Origin: Gammaproteobacteria bacterium
GTDB taxonomy: Bacteria > Pseudomonadota > Gammaproteobacteria > Methylohalomonadales > Methylohalomonadaceae
Reading direction: 5' to 3'
DNA: 64,000 nucleotides
Assembly (NCBI GenBank): GCA_034521715.1
Contig: JAXHLY010000008.1
Span: 53,357-117,356 of the forward strand
Made by a program: the position numbers and the translations under genes. Positions 39,740 through 48,713 of the stretch are shown here, piece by piece; position 1 is the first letter of the stretch, and the number at the start of each line of letters is the position of its first letter. The notes below the pieces were generated by a model. It did no database searches. It was not told the DNA's origin and saw only the letters and a list, made by a program, of their open reading frames with translations.

Positions 39740-39818
39740 TGTCATTTCGAAACCACGAAGTGGTTGAGAAATCTTGTCTTTTGGAGTCCAGATTCCCTCA
39801 CGTTCGTTCGGGATGACA
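39740..39818 (+). repeat. Palindromic TGTCAT...ATGACA repeat, copy 3
   Basis: Arms identical to copy 1, variable centre. Confidence 0.9.
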
Positions 39819-39879
39819 ACCACACTATGCTATGGACCTGCCGTGGCCGGCCGGGTTCAGCGGGGCGAATCTTCTCTGG

Positions 39880-40761
39880 TTATTTCGGGCCTTCCCGATG
39901 CAAACGCTGCTTGAGGCGGTACAGCGCGGAAATATCCTCATCGCCATGGCCTTCTTCCATCAGCTTCCGGTAATGAATCAGCGTCATCTCCACCAGCGGC
40001 AGGCTGATGCCGGTTTTTTCCAGCGCCATCGAACGGCAGATTTCCAGGTCCTTGTGATGCAGGCCGAGCTTGAAGCCGGGATCAAAAACACCCTTGAGCA
40101 TGGTTTTGCCGCGATGCTGGACGAACCAGTTGCCGGCGGCACCGGCGGAAACGACGTCGACGACCTTGTCCATGTCCAGGCCGAGACTCTCGCCGAAGGC
40201 CAGCGCCTCGGTGACGGCCTGGTTAATGCCGGCGGCCATCAATTGATTGACCGCCTTGGTGGCCTGGCCGGCCCCGGATTCACCCATGTGAATGACGTTG
40301 CCGGCAATGGCCTCCAGTGCCGGCCGCGCAATTTCCAGGCCCTCGGCATCACCGCCCACCATGGTTACCAGCGTGCCCTGGCGCGCGCCCTCGACGCCGC
40401 CGGAAACCGGACAGTCGAGGAAGAAGGCGCCTTCTCCCCGGAGTCGGGCAGCGGCCGCCCGGGCGGTACCGGCATTGACGGTGGAGGTATCCGCGACCAC
40501 GGCACCGGACTGGATGCCGCCCAGCAGCTGATCCACCACATCGAGGACGTCCTCGTCGCGTGACACGCAGGTGATGATGACATCGCACAGGCCGGCGAGC
40601 TGTGCCGGGTTGTCCGCCACCTGGCAGCCGGTTTCGGCGGCGAGCGTTTCCGCCTTGTCCGGACTGCGGTTCCAGACGCCGGCCAGCAGGCCGTGCTTGT
40701 GCAGGTTACGGGCCATATGGGCGCCCATGGCGCCCAGGCCGATGACCCCGGTTTTGATCAT
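39880..40761 (-). CDS. Beta-hydroxyacid dehydrogenase (3-hydroxyisobutyrate / tartronate semialdehyde reductase family)
   Basis: IGLGAMG, DCPVSGG, GQATKAVNQ, GFKLGLHHKDL. Confidence 0.88.
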   Translation of the reverse strand: MIKTGVIGLGAMGAHMARNLHKHGLLAGVWNRSPDKAETLAAETGCQVADNPAQLAGLCDVIITCVSRDEDVLDVVDQLLGGIQSGAVVADTSTVNAGTARAAAARLRGEGAFFLDCPVSGGVEGARQGTLVTMVGGDAEGLEIARPALEAIAGNVIHMGESGAGQATKAVNQLMAAGINQAVTEALAFGESLGLDMDKVVDVVSAGAAGNWFVQHRGKTMLKGVFDPGFKLGLHHKDLEICRSMALEKTGISLPLVEMTLIHYRKLMEEGHGDEDISALYRLKQRLHREGPK

Positions 40762-40763
40762 GG

Positions 40764-40869
40764 TTTACTGGTTGACTGGTTGATTGGTTGACTGGTTAAT
40801 TGGTTAATTAGTCGTTAGGTTATCAGGCTGCTTTCCAATCAACCAGTTAACTAATGAACCAATTAACCA
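40764..40869. repeat. Two opposed octamer arrays (TGGTT... / ...AACCA)
   Basis: Fills the speA-dehydrogenase spacer, with a short unique core between the arrays. Confidence 0.85.
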
Positions 40870-42789
40870 TCATTCTTCCAGATAACTATACCCATCCAGT
40901 CCCTGCATTAAATATCCCAGGCATTGTTCACGGCTGCCGGCATCAAGGCCGGATTCGTTAATGCGCCGGGTAAATGTCTGCTGCAGGTTGGCGACATCCA
41001 TCTGTACGTAACGCAGCAGGTCGGCAACGGTGTCGCCGCCGTGTGCACCGGCGAGGCTGTAGCCACCGTCATCCCCGAGTTCAACGTTGACCGATCCGGT
41101 GTCTCCAAACAGGTTGTGTATGTCACCCAGTATTTCCTGGTAGGCACCCAGCAGGAAGATACCGAGCAGGTAGGATTCATCCGCATCGGGCTTGTGCAGC
41201 GGCAGGCTGGTTTCGATGCCTTCACCGTCGACATACATGTCCACACGACCGTCGGAATCGCAGGTCAGGTCCTCGATCAGCGCGCGGCGTGACGGCCATT
41301 CCTGCAGCCGGTGCAGCGGCACGATCGGAAACACCTGTTCGATGGCCCAGCTGTCGGGCAGGCTCTGGAACAGGGAAAAGTTGCAGAAATACTTGTCGGC
41401 CAGGCGTTCGTTCAGTTCATCCAGGACTTCGCGCTGGGCGGCATCATCGTAACGCAGCCACTGCCGCACCTGGCGGGCAATGGCATAGAAGATGGCCTCG
41501 GCATGGGCACGGTCTTGCAGGCTGATGACGCCATAGGTAAACATTTCGCGGGCGCGGTCCAGATCGTTTAAGGCTGCGTAATAGCTGAGCAGGGCAGTGC
41601 GTTCCTCCAGGGTCGTCAGTATCTGCCACAGGTCGTGCAGTACCAGCGGCTCGTCCCCGGTCGGTGGTTGCGGACGGCTGCTGCCGGGTGCCGGATCCAC
41701 ATCAATAACATTGGTAATCAGCAGGGCATGATGCGCGGTCAGGGCGCGGCCCGATTCCGTAATGATATCCGGCGCCGGCAGGCCGCGTTCATTGGCGATC
41801 TCGCCCAGGGCCCGGACCACGGCATCGGCATAGGCGCCGATGGTGTAGTTCATGGAACAGGCGTTGCGCGAGCCGGTGCCCTCGTAATCCACGCCCAGGC
41901 CGCCACCGACATCGACTGTCGTCAATGGCGCCCCGAGGCCGCGCAGTTCGGCGTAATAGCGCGCGCCTTCACGGATGGCGCGCTGGATCTGCTGGATATC
42001 AGTGACCTGGGAGCCGATGTGGAAATGCAGCAGCTGCAGGCAGTCACCCAGCTGCGCCTGCTGCAGGCGTTCATAGGCTTGCAGGACCTGGCCGGCCGCG
42101 AGGCCGAATTTCGACTTCTCGCCGCCGGAGTTCTGCCACTTGCCGGCGCCGACCGAGGCCAGCCGCAGTCGCATGCCCAGCAGCGGCCGGATGTTCATCT
42201 CTCTGCTGCAGTCGATGACCAGTTCCAGCTCGGACAGCTTCTCGATGACGATATGGACCCTGAGTCCCATCTGCTGGCCGATCAGTGCCAGGCGGATGTA
42301 TTCATGGTCCTTGTAGCCGTTGCAGATGATGGTGCTGCCGGTATCGGCCAGCGCCAGCAGGCACAGCAGTTCCGGCTTGCTGCCGGCCTCAAGCCCGATG
42401 CATTTGCCACCGTGGTCGATGATCTGTTCCACGACCCGGCGCTGCTGATTCACCTTGATCGGGTAAACCAGCGTGTAACGGCCGGCGTAACCATGCTGGT
42501 TGATGGCCTCGTTGAAGGCGCCGCAGATGGTATCGATGCGGTGTGAAAGAATATCCGGAAACCGCACCAGCACCGGCAGGGGCAGGCCGCTGGCCGTGAT
42601 CTCGCCGGCGAGCCGGTACAGGTCAATGGCCGCACCGTGCTTGCCGTGCGGCTGGACCTGCAGGTGGCCGTTACCGGCGATATCAAAATAGCCGCCGGTC
42701 CATGCGGGGATGTGATACAGCGCGCGCGAGCGTTCAATGCTCCAGCGGACCGTTCCCGCCTGCTGCTGCGTCGGCTGTGGTGTGTTCAT
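40870..42789 (-). CDS. speA: Biosynthetic arginine decarboxylase
   Basis: VYPIKVNQ, GLEAGSKPEL, GEKSKFGL, HFHIGSQ, FSLFQSLPDSWAI, TCDSDG. Confidence 0.95.
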   Translation of the reverse strand: MNTPQPTQQQAGTVRWSIERSRALYHIPAWTGGYFDIAGNGHLQVQPHGKHGAAIDLYRLAGEITASGLPLPVLVRFPDILSHRIDTICGAFNEAINQHGYAGRYTLVYPIKVNQQRRVVEQIIDHGGKCIGLEAGSKPELLCLLALADTGSTIICNGYKDHEYIRLALIGQQMGLRVHIVIEKLSELELVIDCSREMNIRPLLGMRLRLASVGAGKWQNSGGEKSKFGLAAGQVLQAYERLQQAQLGDCLQLLHFHIGSQVTDIQQIQRAIREGARYYAELRGLGAPLTTVDVGGGLGVDYEGTGSRNACSMNYTIGAYADAVVRALGEIANERGLPAPDIITESGRALTAHHALLITNVIDVDPAPGSSRPQPPTGDEPLVLHDLWQILTTLEERTALLSYYAALNDLDRAREMFTYGVISLQDRAHAEAIFYAIARQVRQWLRYDDAAQREVLDELNERLADKYFCNFSLFQSLPDSWAIEQVFPIVPLHRLQEWPSRRALIEDLTCDSDGRVDMYVDGEGIETSLPLHKPDADESYLLGIFLLGAYQEILGDIHNLFGDTGSVNVELGDDGGYSLAGAHGGDTVADLLRYVQMDVANLQQTFTRRINESGLDAGSREQCLGYLMQGLDGYSYLEE

Positions 42790-42802
42790 TGACGGCGGGC
42801 CT

Positions 42803-44233
42803 TCATGACTCCCGGCCTTCCAGGTAGTGCGTGGAGAGAATTTCGGCGACACAGCAGGTGAGTTTCATGGCGGTGGGTATATGCAGGAATTCGTTGGGCC
42901 CGTGGGCGTTCGATTGCGGACCGAGTACCCCGGTGACGAGAAACTGGGCATGGGGGAATCGCTCGGCGAGCATGCCCATGAACGGGATCGAACCGCCTTC
43001 GCCCATGTGCACGGCCGGTTTGCCAAAGAAATGCCGCGAAGACTGATCGATGGCGCGGTCCAGCCAGTCCGGCATGAGTGGCGCATGCCAGCCGCCGGCG
43101 CACCATTCGGGCGAAAACCGTACCCGTGCCTGCTGTGGCGGGTCCTGTTCCAGCGTTTCGCGGATGGCCGTGGTGGCGGCATTGGTATCACAGGTTGGCG
43201 GCAGGCGCAGCGACAGTTTCAGTATCGTCCGCGGCCGCAGGACATTGCCGGCATCTGCCAGCGGCGGGATACCGGCGGCACCGGTGACCTCGAGTGCCGG
43301 CCGCCAGGAGCGGTTCAGGATCAGTTCGGCCGGGTCGGTGCTGTCGGGTTGCGTGCCATTGCTGAACGGAAACCGCTGATAGCAACTGTCACCGAGTACC
43401 GCGGCCGCCTGTTCGGCCTGTTGCCGGCGGGTTTCGGGGATATCCACGTGACAGGCCTCGACGCGGATACGGCCGTCAGCCGCGTCCTCGAGGCGGTCCA
43501 GCAGCTGCCGGACTATGCGGAAACTCGACGGTACGATGCCGCCGGCATCGCCCGAATGCACCCCCTCGTTCAGGACCTCCACGTTCAGGTCACCGCCGAC
43601 CAGCCCCCTTAACGAGGTCGTACACCACAGCTGGTCGTAATTGCCACAGCCGGAATCCAGGCAGATGACCAGTGACGGCGTGCCGATGCGACCGCTGAGG
43701 TGACCGATATAGGCGGGCAGATCCGGGCTGCCGCTTTCCTCCGACGCCTCGATGAGGATCACGCAGCGGGCGTGCGGCAGGCCATGCTCGGCGAGCATGC
43801 GTATGGCCAGCAGCGAGGCGAAGGTGGCATAGCCGTCATCGGCACCGCCGCGGCCGTAGAGTTTTTCACCCTCGAGCACCGGCTGCCAGGGGCCGAGGCC
43901 GCTGCGCCAGCCGGTCATTTCCGGCTGCTTGTCGAGATGCCCGTAGAGCAACACGGTGTCATCGCCGGTGCTGGCATCGGTGGCCGGTATCTCGATGTAC
44001 AGCATGGGCGTGCGCCCGGGCAGCCGGAGCACTTCCAGTAGCATATCGGCCGGGCCTTCGCGCCGGCACCAGGCGGCGAACTGGTCGACCACCGTATCCA
44101 TGTAACCGTGTTCGGCCCAGTCGGGGTCGAACAGTGGTGATTTGTTCGGCACCTTGATGTACTGGACAAGTTCGGGCAGGGCGCTGTCCTGCCAGCGCTG
44201 TTCAATAGCCTGTTTCAGTGCCGTGGTATCCAT
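42803..44233 (-). CDS. M20 family metallopeptidase
   Basis: YGHLDKQP, GRGGADDG, EESGS, GEGGSIP, NAHGPNE. Confidence 0.9.
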   Translation of the reverse strand: MDTTALKQAIEQRWQDSALPELVQYIKVPNKSPLFDPDWAEHGYMDTVVDQFAAWCRREGPADMLLEVLRLPGRTPMLYIEIPATDASTGDDTVLLYGHLDKQPEMTGWRSGLGPWQPVLEGEKLYGRGGADDGYATFASLLAIRMLAEHGLPHARCVILIEASEESGSPDLPAYIGHLSGRIGTPSLVICLDSGCGNYDQLWCTTSLRGLVGGDLNVEVLNEGVHSGDAGGIVPSSFRIVRQLLDRLEDAADGRIRVEACHVDIPETRRQQAEQAAAVLGDSCYQRFPFSNGTQPDSTDPAELILNRSWRPALEVTGAAGIPPLADAGNVLRPRTILKLSLRLPPTCDTNAATTAIRETLEQDPPQQARVRFSPEWCAGGWHAPLMPDWLDRAIDQSSRHFFGKPAVHMGEGGSIPFMGMLAERFPHAQFLVTGVLGPQSNAHGPNEFLHIPTAMKLTCCVAEILSTHYLEGRES

Positions 44234-44409
44234 GTCGGGTGAGTCTAACCTTGCACTGTATCAGTCGCAAAGCGGAACGTATGACTGGTATTCTGTTCCA
44301 AACTCGCAAGCCGCATTTCATGTTTTGCCCTGTCTGCTCTGCTGGTAACAGGTCAGGTAATGGCAGGTATATGGATTTACGGAACCCTTAAACACTCGAG
44401 GAAGTATAG

Positions 44410-45057
44410 ATGACATTGATCAATAACCCGATTAAACAGTGGCTGTTCAAACCGCTTCTCATTGCCGCATTGCTGGGCCTGCTTGGTGCCTGTGGTGATA
44501 ACGGACAGGATTCTTCATCCGCTGATAGTGCGGCCGCCACGGATAGTGCCGCGACCGAACAGGCCGCACCGGCGGACAGTGGTTCATCCACGGCCAGAGA
44601 ACCGGAGGTGGCTACCGATTCAGGTACAAGTGACAGCGAGATGGCTGCGGCAGATAGTGAGCCGGCGGCATCAGACGACAATGGTTCTGCAGACAGTGGT
44701 GCCGCCAGCGGTGGTGAGCGACATACTGTTCAAGCGCGTGCGACTTCCTATGATCCGGTGGTATTGAAAATCAATCCGGGTGACAGCGTCAGTTGGACAA
44801 ACATGAGCGGTCATAATGTTCATTTTGAAGCCGGTAATATTCCCGAAGGTGCAGAAACCTGGCAGAGCCCTCTGGGCAATGATGTCAACCGCACTTTCGA
44901 CAAGGAAGGCCTGTATCTTTACAAGTGCGATCCGCATTTTGCCCTGGGCATGGTCGGCGCGCTGATTGTGGGTACGCCGGACAATGTGGCCGAGGTCGAG
45001 CAAAACGCCAAGGGCATGTACAAGCGTGCGCTGGCCAAGGCCAAGGCCGAACTTTAA
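44410..45057 (+). CDS. Pseudoazurin-like cupredoxin lipoprotein with a long acidic Ser/Ala linker
   Basis: Lipobox LGAC; GHNV; YKCDPHFALGM type-1 copper ligands. Confidence 0.85.
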   Translation: MTLINNPIKQWLFKPLLIAALLGLLGACGDNGQDSSSADSAAATDSAATEQAAPADSGSSTAREPEVATDSGTSDSEMAAADSEPAASDDNGSADSGAASGGERHTVQARATSYDPVVLKINPGDSVSWTNMSGHNVHFEAGNIPEGAETWQSPLGNDVNRTFDKEGLYLYKCDPHFALGMVGALIVGTPDNVAEVEQNAKGMYKRALAKAKAEL

Positions 45058-45259
45058 AAACAGCCCTTGCTTTCCCAAGGCCGTACGGGGAAGCGCATCG
45101 GGCATATACAGAGGCGGTGATCGGGGCCGGGCAGGCCCCGATTGCTTATGTGGTGGTTTTTTCAGGAAAAGTTTCCGGTCGGCTGTGCCCCCAATACAGG
45201 GAACCCCTGCCTTCTCGGCAGTTCTAATGGTTCGAACACAGCAAATACCGAGGACAGTC

Positions 45260-45691
45260 ATGTATATACATATACAGAATTGCCTGAAGTTCATTCCCGC
45301 AGGGATATTAGCTGTGCTGCTGATCATGCCGGCTGCCCAGGCCGGCGAGAGCCATACCATCAGCGCTAGATCCACCGCGTATGATCCCATGGTGCTGAAG
45401 ATCGAGCCGGGAGACGAGGTCAAGTGGGTCAACATGGGCGGCCACTTCAACCAGTTCGAAGCGGGTCTGATCCCCGAGGGTGCAGAAACATGGACGACCC
45501 AGATGGGCAAGGACGTGAGCCGCACTTTCGACGTTGAAGGCGTGTATGTCTATAAATGCCCGCCGCATTTTGCCCTGGGCATGGTCGGCGCCATTATCGT
45601 TGGCGAGCCGGTTAACATGGCCGAAGTCGAGGAAAACGCCACGGGCATGTACAAGCGTGCCGTAGCCAAGGCCAAGGCAGAGATTAACTGA
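45260..45691 (+). CDS. Pseudoazurin-like periplasmic cupredoxin (paralog)
   Basis: Signal peptide ending AQA; GGHF; YKCPPHFALGM. Confidence 0.85.
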   Translation: MYIHIQNCLKFIPAGILAVLLIMPAAQAGESHTISARSTAYDPMVLKIEPGDEVKWVNMGGHFNQFEAGLIPEGAETWTTQMGKDVSRTFDVEGVYVYKCPPHFALGMVGAIIVGEPVNMAEVEENATGMYKRAVAKAKAEIN

Positions 45692-45711
45692 TTTACTGCC
45701 GTAAAGTACTG

Positions 45712-45735
45712 ACTGCCGCCCGCAAGGGCGGCAGT
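45712..45735. terminator. Hairpin between convergent genes
   Basis: ACTGCCGCCC-GCAA-GGGCGGCAGT. Confidence 0.7.
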
Positions 45736-45840
45736 TGATTCTGTGAAAGGAGTTTAACCGGTCCCCCCGTAACCATTCCCGCCTGGTTGCATATACGTTC
45801 CGGTAACAATTGTTGTCGATCGTGACAGGATAATTCCCCG

Positions 45841-46479
45841 CTACTCCAGCCGTTGGGGGCGGCCCGCGTCCAGAACGCCGTCCGCTCGTGCTTTCAGGTA
45901 CATATACAGGTTCGGTATATGTTCCATGACGGCCTTGTTTTCGTTCCATGCCGGCATGACGCCCATCTGGCCCCGGTAGCCATTCGTTATCACATCGACA
46001 AAGCGTGGATAGTCAACCCGCTGGTTGAGCCGATCCAGCAGGTTGGGGCCGATCGTGGTGCCCTGGGCATCCTGGCCATGACATTGGGTGCACTGGCTGC
46101 GGTACATGCGCCAGCCAATGTAGGTGTCCATGCCGACACGGCAATTCGATCCATCGGCATCGCATTCGACCTGGTATTCGGGCGTATCCCCCGTATCTGC
46201 ATCGGCGACATTATTGCTGTCGCCCTGGGCGGTTTCCGGTTGCTGAACATTACCGTCAGCGGAATCGCCTGCGGTAGTGGCAGTCTTCGTCGCAGGTCCG
46301 GCTTCCGCGGTCCGGGGCTCTGGCGCGGCGGGTTGGGAGTCATTCATGGTGACTGATTCATCGGCTGTTGCCGTATTATTGCCTTGCTTCGATGACAACT
46401 GATCATTACCGCAGCCATTCAGCAGCAGCGGAAGCAGGATGAAAAGCGACATCTTTAGTGAATACAATCTGTAGGGCAT
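45841..46479 (-). CDS. c-type cytochrome lipoprotein, XoxG/cytochrome c553i-like
   Basis: Lipobox LNGC, low-complexity linker, TYIGWRMY..CTQCHG, MPAW, YLKARADG...GRP. Confidence 0.78.
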   Translation of the reverse strand: MPYRLYSLKMSLFILLPLLLNGCGNDQLSSKQGNNTATADESVTMNDSQPAAPEPRTAEAGPATKTATTAGDSADGNVQQPETAQGDSNNVADADTGDTPEYQVECDADGSNCRVGMDTYIGWRMYRSQCTQCHGQDAQGTTIGPNLLDRLNQRVDYPRFVDVITNGYRGQMGVMPAWNENKAVMEHIPNLYMYLKARADGVLDAGRPQRLE

Positions 46480-46581
46480 GACGAATATCTCCGCTTGATT
46501 GATGCTTATTCGGGGCCTCCCTTCAGAGAAGTGGGGCTTGAAACGCGTAGTCACATGATCGGACATGCTGCCCGGGAAACA

Positions 46582-46595
46582 TTGATCGTTGTCAA
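46582..46595. promoter_or_regulatory. FNR/Dnr-like box
   Basis: TTGAT-CGTT-GTCAA, 9/10 match, in the divergent promoter region about 100 bp upstream of the cytochrome c gene. Confidence 0.5.
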
Positions 46596-46678
46596 TCATT
46601 TGACTGATGGCAGGTGACTGACAGTGCGGACGGAATCTTTTATTATCACCGGCAGTCAGGAAAGGCGGTTTATAATCA

Positions 46679-47210
46679 ATGGCTTTACGATCCTATCAAG
46701 GCAAATTGCCGGAACTCGCCAGCGGCGCCTATGTCGATGATTCGGCGCTGGTGATCGGTGACGTCAAGCTGGGCGAGGACAGCTCGGTCTGGCCCATGAC
46801 GGTGGTGCGGGGTGACGTGAACAGCATCCGTATTGGCGCCCGCACCAATATCCAGGACAACTCGGTCCTGCACGTGACCCATGACGGCAAATACACGCCG
46901 GGCGGTTATGCGCTGAGTGTCGGGAATGATGTCACCGTGGGGCATCGCGTCGATCCTCCATGCCTGTACGGTCGGTGACCTGTGCCTGATCGGTATGGGC
47001 TCGATCATCATGGACGGTGCCACTATCGAATCGAAAGTGATGCTGGCGGCCGGCAGTCTCGTGCCGGGCGGCAAGCACCTGGAAAGCGGCTATCTGTACA
47101 TGGGTAGTCCGGTCAGGCAGGTGCGCGAACTGACGGAGGAGGAGATCGAATCCCTCCAGTACTCGGCGGATCACTACGTCGAAGTGAAAAACAGCCACAA
47201 TCAGAACTGA
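46679..47210 (+). CDS. Gamma carbonic anhydrase family protein (YrdA-like), one frameshift
   Basis: VIGDV, RGDVNSIRIGARTNIQDNSVLH, VTVGH, LHACTVG hexapeptide repeats. Confidence 0.88.
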
Positions 47211-47313
47211 ACAGCCGGCTGTTCCTCGTTTTTATCACCTAAAGCCGTTATCATGCGCCGCCTTACCGAGCTACAGTTCTGCAATATTTGTCCCACCCGG
47301 GGGTAATCAGGAG

Positions 47314-48163
47314 ATGACACTGGATCACAACTGGTTTGTCGAGACGAGTGACGGCTTTGCCCTGGCGCTGAAGATCAAATCGAAACTGCATGAAGAGCAG
47401 TCGGATTATCAGCGTATCGAGGTCTACGAGACCGAGGATTTCGGCAATCTCCTGACGCTGGATGGGCTGGTTATGCTGACCAGCCGCGACAACTTTGTCT
47501 ATCACGAAATGATGAGTCATCCGGCCCTGTTTCGTCACCCCGGTCCCAAAAACGTTGTGGTGGTTGGTGGTGGTGATTGCGGGACCCTAAGGGAGGTTCT
47601 GCGTCACGATGCCGTACAGACCGCCACCCAGATAGAACTGGATGAACGGGTAACCCGTGTCTGCGAGCAGTATTTTCCGGAACTGTGCGAGGCCAATGAC
47701 GATCCGCGGGCGACCTTATTGTTCGAGGACGCCATCGCCTGGATGCGCGAATGCGGAAGCCGGTTCCGCCGACGTTATCCTGCTGGATACGACCGATCCG
47801 GTCGGGCAGGCCAGCCGGCTGTTCGGTGAGGCATTTTACAGCGATTGCCACCGGGTACTGCGTGACGGCGGCATACTCGTCGCGCAGAGTGAATCACCTT
47901 TATTCGATATGGAACTGCTGCAGGATATTCACAGGGGCATGCGTGCCGCCGGCTTCGGCAGTATCCAGGCACTGCCATTCCCGCAGTGTACCTACCCATC
48001 AGGCTGGTGGTCGGCGACCATGGCCGGCAAGGGCATCGTTGTCACGCAATTTGATGCCGCCGGTGCCAGACCGTGCAGGTTTCAGCCCCGCTATTATAAT
48101 GCCGAACTCCACCAGGGTATCCTGGCCCTGCCGGCGTTCATGCATCAGGCGCTTGGCGCCTGA
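47314..48163 (+). CDS. speE: Polyamine aminopropyltransferase (spermidine synthase), one frameshift
   Basis: SDYQRIE, LDGLVM, YHEMMSH, VGGGDCGTLRE, DTTDPVG, YPSGWWS. Confidence 0.92.
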
Positions 48164-48233
48164 TGCGCGTATCTCGTCACTCGTTCCTCGTATCTCGAAT
48201 CAGATAGAGGGGGTTAAAAGTTCCGATGAGCTC

Positions 48234-48298
48234 TGTGGGAGCGGACTGCGTCCGCGATGCCTTGAACCGCTGAATCGCCGATGAAATCGGCTCCCACA
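48234..48298. repeat. REP doublet (GTGGGAGC type)
   Basis: TGTGGGAGCGGA...TCCGCGAT...ATCGCCGAT..ATCGGCTCCCACA inverted arrangement. Confidence 0.65.
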
Positions 48299-48344
48299 AT
48301 GTGCGGAACACAATCTGGCGAGGCACGAGTTACAGCGACGAGAT

Positions 48345-48497
48345 TCAGTGTTTCTTCTGCTGGCCCGGCGCGTCTTCCGAGTGACCCGGGCCGTCAATGT
48401 GTTTCAGGTGACCGTGGCAGCCGGCGAGTAGCAGGCTGATAAACACGGCGGCAGTGACGCGTTTGAGCAGGGGGGTGTTTGGTATATGTGTAATCAT
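48345..48497 (-). CDS. 50-aa small lipoprotein (below the ORF-track cut-off)
   Basis: MITHIPNTPLLKRVTAAVFISLLLAGCHGHLKHIDGPGHSEDAPGQQKKH; lipobox LAGC; AGGT upstream. Confidence 0.6.
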   Translation of the reverse strand: MITHIPNTPLLKRVTAAVFISLLLAGCHGHLKHIDGPGHSEDAPGQQKKH

Positions 48498-48713
48498 AAT
48501 AGACCTATCGGGCAGTAACACCCTTTAGTTATCATTGACTTGCAGTTTCAGCATAGCACCTGCCAGTGGGTGGGCAGCATTTGATCTGGCGACATTGTGA
48601 TGCCTGTCACGCGGCCGCGTCTGGAATACACCCATGACCGGGGGGCGCAGGTCGTTGTTTACAAGCGTATAATCCGTATTTTCCTGAGGCTTCATTTAAG
48701 CATATTGCAGATC

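Noticed and set aside
48498-48713. oriC upstream of mnmG
   Set aside because: No TTATCCACA boxes or AT-rich unwinding element found by eye
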